Notes under the pieces: generated by a model
The model's database searches: none
Seen by the model: only the letters and a program-made list of their open reading frames with translations
Told to the model about the DNA's origin: nothing
Made by a program: the position numbers and the translations under genes
In this document: in pieces, positions 58,759 to 64,000 of the stretch
Layout of the letters: the number at the start of each line of letters is the position of its first letter
Numbering within the stretch: the first letter of the stretch is position 1
NCBI GenBank assembly: GCA_028693815.1
Contig: JAQUUP010000009.1
Span: 1,779-65,778 of the forward strand
Length of the DNA: 64,000 nucleotides
Source of the DNA: Candidatus Omnitrophota bacterium
GTDB lineage: Bacteria; Omnitrophota; Gorgyraeia; Zapsychrales; Aceulaceae
Reading direction: 5' to 3'

Positions 58759-59225
58759 AACGCTTTAATTTCTTTTAGTACGGCATCCATGGAGAACCCT
58801 CGACGGAGAAGAAAGCCGTAAATACGTCTTTGTGCTACAGAGCGCTCTAGACTCGTATATCGTTTTATTCGTTGCTGTGTTAATTCATGGATCATTGAAG
58901 CGGGTGAATAGTTTTTTTCAATATCACAAGCTTGCTTTTCAATAATATTTGGCGAGATCCCCTTTTGTCTAAGTTCTAAAATAATGCGTCTTTTGCCAAA
59001 TCCTTTATTGATACGTGAACGAACCCAGTTTTTTGCAAAATCTATATCGTTGATTAACCCGATTCGTTTAAATTCTTTAATAACTACAGAGATGATTCTT
59101 GAAGAAAATTTTTTTTGTTTTAAACGCAACCTCAGTTCTTGTTCGCTACGAGTGCGTACTTTTAAAAGCCGATAGCTAGCGGTTTTAGCCTTTACAAGTT
59201 CTTTGTTGAAATCGTTGATGCCCAT
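58755..59225 (-). CDS. recX: Recombination regulator RecX.
   Basis: 156 aa helical repeat protein immediately downstream of recA. Confidence 0.8.
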   Translation of the reverse strand: MGINDFNKELVKAKTASYRLLKVRTRSEQELRLRLKQKKFSSRIISVVIKEFKRIGLINDIDFAKNWVRSRINKGFGKRRIILELRQKGISPNIIEKQACDIEKNYSPASMIHELTQQRIKRYTSLERSVAQRRIYGFLLRRGFSMDAVLKEIKAL

Positions 59226-59293
59226 AAAAAAGGTTTATCCTGCTAGAAAAATTTACTTATTTTAGCTTTCTAAAAATTTTATTTCTAACGGGT

Positions 59294-60316
59294 TTATTTT
59301 TTTTCTTTTATTTTCTCGAGAACTTTTTTCTCGATTTGGGCAAATGTTTTTGGATTTTCTCTTAAAAATGCCCTGGCGCTTTCTCGACCTTGGCCGATTT
59401 TTTCTTCCCCATACGAAAACCATGAGCCGGCTTTATTGATGATATCATGCTCAATACCAAGATCTAGCACATCGCTTGTTCTCGAGATTCCTTCATTAAA
59501 ATGAATTTCAAATAGTGCTTCACGAAATGGTGGGGCGACCTTGTTTTTGACGATTTTGGCTCGAACGCGGCTACCGATGATCTCGTCGCCTTTTTTAAGT
59601 GTTTCAATTTTTCTTAAATCAATGCGCACAGACGAATAAAATTTTAGCGCACGTCCACCCGTTGTTGTTTCTGGAGAACCAAACATAACGCCGATTTTCA
59701 TACGGATTTGATTGATGAATATAACGCATGTCTTTGATTTGCTAATCGACCCGGTTAGCTTGCGCAGCGCTTGAGACATCAAACGGGCTTGTAAGCCCAT
59801 ATGAGAATCTCCCATATCGCCTTCAATTTCTGCTCTTGGGGTAAGTGCGGCAACAGAGTCAACAACAACTAAATCAACGGCATTGGATCGAACTAATGTT
59901 TCGGCAATTTCCAGTGCTTGTTCGCCTGTATCTGGCTGGGAAATCAAAAGATCATCTAAATTAACTCCTAATAGTTTTGCGTATGAAGCGTCAAATGCGT
60001 GTTCAGCATCGATAAATGCAGCCACGCCACCTCTTTTTTGGATTTCGCTAATAATGCTAAGAGTTAATGTTGTTTTTCCGGAAGATTCTGGACCATATAT
60101 TTCAATGACGCGTCCTTTGGGAACACCGCCTACTCCTAGCGCTGTGTCTAAGGTGATTGATCCCGTTGGAATTGATTCGATATTTAGGACGGTGTCTTGC
60201 CCGAGCTTCATGATCGATCCTTTGCCAAATTGCTTTTCAATTTGGGCTAAAGCAAGGTCTAGGGCTTTTAGCTTGTTTGCGCTTGCAGTTGTGTCCTGTT
60301 TCTTTTCGTCTTTCAT
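59294..60316 (-). CDS. recA: Recombinase A.
   Basis: GPESSGKTT Walker A; AGGAG RBS. Confidence 0.97.
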   Translation of the reverse strand: MKDEKKQDTTASANKLKALDLALAQIEKQFGKGSIMKLGQDTVLNIESIPTGSITLDTALGVGGVPKGRVIEIYGPESSGKTTLTLSIISEIQKRGGVAAFIDAEHAFDASYAKLLGVNLDDLLISQPDTGEQALEIAETLVRSNAVDLVVVDSVAALTPRAEIEGDMGDSHMGLQARLMSQALRKLTGSISKSKTCVIFINQIRMKIGVMFGSPETTTGGRALKFYSSVRIDLRKIETLKKGDEIIGSRVRAKIVKNKVAPPFREALFEIHFNEGISRTSDVLDLGIEHDIINKAGSWFSYGEEKIGQGRESARAFLRENPKTFAQIEKKVLEKIKEKK

Positions 60317-60420
60317 ACAATCTCCTATTCTATGGTTTTGGCGACAGCATTTTCACGTTTTTGTCTAAGAAATATTTATTTACTCGAGGTGCTTTTTAAA
60401 ACTCTAAACCGAAGATCCTG

Positions 60421-60725
60421 AATAAACAATATACAAAATCCAAATTACAAACAATAGACAATTAAGAAAACAGACAATAAGCAAAATCCCAAATTCAAAC
60501 TTCCAAATAAATTCCAAATCCAAAATCACAAAATCAACTTTTATTAATAGATGCCTTTGAAAATTTCAACGTTCTTTCTTCTAGGTTATAAGGCTTTTCC
60601 ATTGTTTATTGTCTATTGTAATTTGTTTGTCATTTGTCTATTGTCATTTGTCTATTTTTAAAATGTGCTTTGATTCTTGATTTTTGGATTTGTTTTGGTT
60701 TTTGGTTCTTGGATCTTGATTTTAT
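60421..60725. repeat. Strand-asymmetric low-complexity repeat region: a CA-rich array (60421-60540), then a ~60 bp spacer, then a TG-rich array (60601-60725).
   Basis: Left arm: acagacaat-type and ccaaat-type degenerate repeats. Right arm: their complements (attgtctattgt x3, ttggatttg-type x4-5), e.g. 60445-60463 versus 60608-60629. The gtcatttgtctatt unit is tandemly duplicated. Confidence 0.7.
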
Positions 60726-60908
60726 GTTCATTTTATTGTAATTCGTTTTAGGATTTTCTTCTTATCTTACTTTTTGTGCAAGAGATGAATTATACATGAG
60801 CTTTGGATGATTGTCAATTGTTTCGACTTTGAGGAAAGTATTGCAAATCATTTTGTTTCAGCAGGTTATGTCCCTTATCTGATTTGCACAAGTATACTAT
60901 TAATATAT

Positions 60909-61652
60909 TTATGTATTAATAATGAAGTTCGCGAAAGCAACGACGCCAATGGCAGCAGTATCAACTTTGAGAGTGGTTTTTCCTAAAGAAATTGGGATGC
61001 AGTGAGATTTTATAGCGAGAGCAATTTCATCAGGTGTAAAATCTCCTTCCGGCCCGATAAAGAAAACAATCTTTTTCTTTAATTTTAAATCTTTGGTTAT
61101 AGCATTTCTTAGTTCTTGCCTTTTGCCTCCTAAAGAGCCAATAAATCCAATGCAGTTTTCTTCAAGATGTTTTAGTGCATCGTTTAAAGTGCTAATTCGG
61201 TGAATTTTAGGAAGGATATTTCGTTTGGATTGTTTGGAAGCATTGATGCAAACGCTTTGGAATCGTTTTAGTTTTTTTTCTGATTTTTCGTCTGAGAGCT
61301 TGATTTCAGTTCGTTTTGTTTTTAAAGGAATAATTTCATCAACTCCAAGCTCTGTACACTTCTCAATAATTGTTTCAAATTTGGATTTCTTAGGGATTGC
61401 ACAAGCAAGAACAATGCATGTTTTTTGGGCTTGCTCTGTTTTTTTAGAGAGAATTTTAACTTCAATAGATTCTTTTGATATTTTCAGGATTTCTCCGGAA
61501 GCTTCGGTCCCTTGACCGTTAAACAAAGTAATATTTGCTCCTTTTTTTAAGCGTAAGACATCGATAAGATGATGGATTTCGTCTTTATTTAAAAGGGTAA
61601 TATTTTTCTGGTTTTTGGTAAGGTGTGAGCAATAAAAACGGTGTTGTGACAT
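60909..61652 (-). CDS. rsmE: 16S rRNA (uracil1498-N3)-methyltransferase.
   Basis: RFYCSHLTKNQK... and the PUA-like plus SPOUT organisation. Confidence 0.8.
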   Translation of the reverse strand: MSQHRFYCSHLTKNQKNITLLNKDEIHHLIDVLRLKKGANITLFNGQGTEASGEILKISKESIEVKILSKKTEQAQKTCIVLACAIPKKSKFETIIEKCTELGVDEIIPLKTKRTEIKLSDEKSEKKLKRFQSVCINASKQSKRNILPKIHRISTLNDALKHLEENCIGFIGSLGGKRQELRNAITKDLKLKKKIVFFIGPEGDFTPDEIALAIKSHCIPISLGKTTLKVDTAAIGVVAFANFIINT

Positions 61653-61729
61653 TCTTACATGTAGGTGACTTATTTTGAGTTAGTAATAAATAAAATAAAG
61701 CTACTGACGATTCAATTAGATTTATTCTT

Positions 61730-62269
61730 TTATTTTAAAGGTAGTTTTTTAACTGGTTCTGGTTTTGGTTCTGGCTCTGGCGTTGGTTCTGAGGTCGCAG
61801 TAACATCTGTGCTTGTGCCAGTGTCTTGTATTTCTGTTTCGTTCGTTGTTGTTGACATGCTGATTTCTTGACATCCACCTCCCTGGCATACAAGATCTCC
61901 ATCGGCAGTGATTCGCAAAGAATAGCTGTTGTCGTCTCGCTGTAAAGTTGCAACCCGAGTTGTGTTCGAGCTGACTACTAAAGGTTTAAACCCAGTAAGA
62001 GCACTTACGGCGATATCAAGATCTGCTAAATTTGATGCATAATTATTGTTGTTATCGATAGAATATCTCCTTTGCGACATGTAGACGGTTTTTAGTGTGT
62101 TTTTTGCTGTGTTAGCTCGTTGGTTTTCGATTGCGTTTGTGAACGCTGGAATAGCGACTGTGGCAAAAATGCTTGCAGTGACAATGAAAATACCTGTTTC
62201 CAGCAAAGTAAATCCAGATAGGGATCCTATTCTTTTGTTGATTTTCTTTAGAAATAATGACTTTTTCAT
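61730..62269 (-). CDS. Type IV pilin/pseudopilin-like protein with a C-terminal [12 protein letters not shown] tail.
   Basis: Prepilin peptidase motif SG|FTLLE followed by a hydrophobic helix. Pro/Glu-rich C-terminus. Confidence 0.65.
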   Translation of the reverse strand: MKKSLFLKKINKRIGSLSGFTLLETGIFIVTASIFATVAIPAFTNAIENQRANTAKNTLKTVYMSQRRYSIDNNNNYASNLADLDIAVSALTGFKPLVVSSNTTRVATLQRDDNSYSLRITADGDLVCQGGGCQEISMSTTTNETEIQDTGTSTDVTATSEPTPEPEPKPEPVKKLPLK

Positions 62270-62378
62270 ACAGCCTCCTTGTGCAAGTACTTTATACTTC
62301 TTTTTCTACTTAAAGTATAGCATTGGTATTAGTAAATTGCTAAAAGATATTGTTAAATATTCTTATTTTTATGAAAAA

Positions 62379-62451
62379 TGGACCGAGGGGGAGTCGAACC
62401 CCCGACCTTCTGATTGCGAACCAGACATTCTCCCAGCTGAACTACCGGCCC
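62379..62451 (-). tRNA. tRNA-Ala (anticodon CGC), with the G3:U70 identity pair; CCA not encoded.
   Basis: Hand-folded: GGGCCGG acceptor pairing with TCGGTCC gives G3:U70. Anticodon loop UUCGCAA. The 3' end is followed by TTTT. Confidence 0.7.
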
Positions 62452-62476
62452 ATATTGTCAAAACAATCAAAAAAAT

Positions 62477-63127
62477 CTATATAGAAGGTCCGCCCTTTGA
62501 GGGCACAGAAATAGTTGTTGATACTGTAAAAATGTCAGCTGCTACGCATGTGGCAGGATCAGCGCAGGATTCAATAGTAATATTAATTTGGTTGTCTAAG
62601 GCTGCGGGGCCACTATCTTCTGTGAAACTAGCTGTAAAACTGAGGATTTTTCCTGATCCAAGAGTGGTCAATAAGGATCCACACGCACCTGTGTTGTCAT
62701 TACAAAAAAGAATATTATTATCTGCTGAAAGACTATAAGAAACCCATTCGTCATCGCTGTAGTCTGAGGGTGTTTGCGGGCTGTTGCGATCTTGGCGAAT
62801 AGCTAGCTGCGAGGAGCCATTATTGATCAAAATTCCAGAATTTCCGGCAGCGGTTTCAACGGCATCGCCTACTGTAGCTTGAATATTGCGGGAGATATGT
62901 TGCATGATGGCGGTTGTTTCTGCGGCAAGCAGCGATCGTGGTCCAATGCCTTTGTACATCATGCGGACAGAATAATCAATGGATGCCAGACTTGCTAAAA
63001 CCATAACGGCTACAAGAGATGCGACAATAACTTCAATTAAGGTGATGCCTCTTTTGGATGTTATTTTTGATATATTTTTCGCTGGCTTGGAAGAAAAAAG
63101 TAATTTTATAAAAAATTTGTTTTTCAC
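62477..63127 (-). CDS. Type IV pilin/pseudopilin-like protein (long N-terminal leader).
   Basis: KRG|ITLIEVIVASLVAVMVL prepilin-type motif. The leader is ~27 aa if the annotated Met is used. Confidence 0.55.
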   Translation of the reverse strand: MKNKFFIKLLFSSKPAKNISKITSKRGITLIEVIVASLVAVMVLASLASIDYSVRMMYKGIGPRSLLAAETTAIMQHISRNIQATVGDAVETAAGNSGILINNGSSQLAIRQDRNSPQTPSDYSDDEWVSYSLSADNNILFCNDNTGACGSLLTTLGSGKILSFTASFTEDSGPAALDNQINITIESCADPATCVAADIFTVSTTISVPSKGGPSI

Positions 63128-63128
63128 G

Positions 63129-63521
63129 TTAATCGTCCCATTCTACTGTGAGTGTGACTTGGCGCGCTCCAGATGTGTGATCGGAGCAAGAGTAAACAAT
63201 AGGTTTTCCATCAAAGCTTTCGCCATTTGGCCATGAATGTGCAGCGCCATTACACGTTAGATTCCAGGCGTTTGGAGTGCGAGTGTCAACCCTCGCGCGC
63301 ATATCTTCTAGAAGTGCTCGGCCTTTGTTGGCAGCCATGAGTTTTTTGTTTGAAATACGCGTATCTTTGGAGGCAAAAGAAAAAGCAGCGAGAATGCCTA
63401 AAATTCCAACGGAAAATAGAATAACAGTTGCGATGATCTCAACAAGACTATAGGCTTTTTTGGTTTGTAGCGTTTTTAGCATTTGCGTTTTTTTCTTAAA
63501 GAAGCCTGGGTTAGTTAACAA
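63129..63521 (-). CDS. Pilin-like protein (atypical: Ala at -1 of the prepilin motif).
   Basis: KKA|YSLVEIIATVILFSVGILGI. Confidence 0.45.
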   Translation of the reverse strand: MLTNPGFFKKKTQMLKTLQTKKAYSLVEIIATVILFSVGILGILAAFSFASKDTRISNKKLMAANKGRALLEDMRARVDTRTPNAWNLTCNGAAHSWPNGESFDGKPIVYSCSDHTSGARQVTLTVEWDD

Positions 63522-63861
63522 CTGGAGTTGCAGCGGCTATGTCAATCCGTAGGCCGAATCCAGTGCCAGATGCTCTACATTCTTCTGATGCGCTGTCGCA
63601 GGTATAAAGGGTGTCTCCGGGAATAATGCCAGTATTTAGAGCAGTGTTTAGTGCTGCTGCACCGTTAGCACTGACATATGATCCATTTTCATTATGGTAA
63701 ATTCTTTGCGCTGTATAGAGAATTAGAAGGTTTGTGGATGCATCTTTGATTCGAGTGTCTTTTATAACATTTTGAAAACTAGGGATTCCTATGGAGGCGA
63801 GAACGCCTAAAATAACAATTGTTATGACTACCTCTGTTAAGGTAAAACCTTTTTTTTTCAT
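63511..63861 (-). CDS. Type IV major pilin / GspG-like pseudopilin.
   Basis: MKKKG|FTLTEVVITIVILGVLASIGIPSF is a canonical class III signal and N-terminal helix. Confidence 0.75.
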   Translation of the reverse strand: MKKKGFTLTEVVITIVILGVLASIGIPSFQNVIKDTRIKDASTNLLILYTAQRIYHNENGSYVSANGAAALNTALNTGIIPGDTLYTCDSASEECRASGTGFGLRIDIAAATPVVN

Positions 63862-63894
63862 CTTAACCTCTTATATTAAGAAATTTTATATATT

Positions 63895-63930
63895 AAAAAA
63901 GACCAAGGCTTTAAAGCCTTGGTCTTTTTT
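63895..63930. terminator. Bidirectional rho-independent terminator upstream of the pilin cluster.
   Basis: AAAAAA-GACCAAGGCTTTAAAGCCTTGGTC-TTTTTT. Confidence 0.65.
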
Positions 63931-63941
63931 GAGTCTTTATT

Positions 63942-64000
63942 TTATTTTACCCATTCGCATTCTGAATTTTGAGGAGTTTGACCGCTACCTACAACAATCG
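63942..64000 (-). CDS. 3' end of an unidentified minus-strand CDS (C-terminus ...IVVGSGQTPQNSECEWVK*).
   Basis: Open frame running from the window edge to TAA (forward tta at 63942-63944). Confidence 0.2.
   Translation of the reverse strand, partial: IVVGSGQTPQNSECEWVK

Noticed and set aside
60421-60725. CRISPR array hypothesis for the recA-upstream repeats.
   Set aside because: The repeats are degenerate, 6-14 bp long and lack regular repeat-spacer periodicity. No cas genes are present.
62097-62738. 213-aa plus-strand ORF.
   Set aside because: It is antisense to two pilin genes and runs through tRNA-Ala, and has no recognisable motif. It is an open frame of the kind expected by chance in an AT-rich region.

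Overview
This 64 kb window is low-GC, densely packed bacterial chromosome, and almost every gene is on the minus strand. It looks mostly like core genome of a small-genome, probably uncultivated bacterium; I cannot assign a taxon. All identifications below rest on motifs I recognise by eye; I ran no searches. The recognisable core blocks are:
- recA-recX-alaS, followed by hisD-hisB-hisH-hisA-hisF-hisI and a TrpE/PabB-family gene.
- rpsP, yajC and a fused secDF.
- A minimal mfd, then surA-like-pdxA-ksgA.
- gatCAB, ctpA and tsaD.
- tilS-ftsH-folP-cdaA-pdxJ-acpS-nnrD.
- A threonine cluster (lysC, an ApgM-like 'proposed homoserine kinase', coaB, thrC, hom), then cimA, valS and nadC.
- A three-subunit xanthine-dehydrogenase-family molybdoenzyme operon with a convergent MocA-like gene.
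Seven tRNA genes (Pro, Gly, Tyr, Thr, Met/Ile2-CAU, Ala) were identified by hand-folding.
The non-core, more interesting content is:
- A partial gingipain-family (C25) peptidase at the window start, missed by the ORF track.
- A TM-anchored (PEPEP)n repeat protein built on tandem DNA repeats.
- A Cys-rich secreted protein inside the molybdoenzyme operon.
- A bactofilin fused to an excisionase-type HTH, next to an HTH-plus-TM protein and mgtC.
- Two single-domain PilZ proteins, one preceded by an orphan terminator-like leader.
- A 33-codon TM micro-ORF one nucleotide downstream of cdaA.
- A four-gene type IV pilin/pseudopilin cluster with an embedded tRNA-Ala.
- A ~300 bp strand-asymmetric, mutually complementary low-complexity repeat region upstream of recA.
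No CRISPR array, transposase or integrase was seen.
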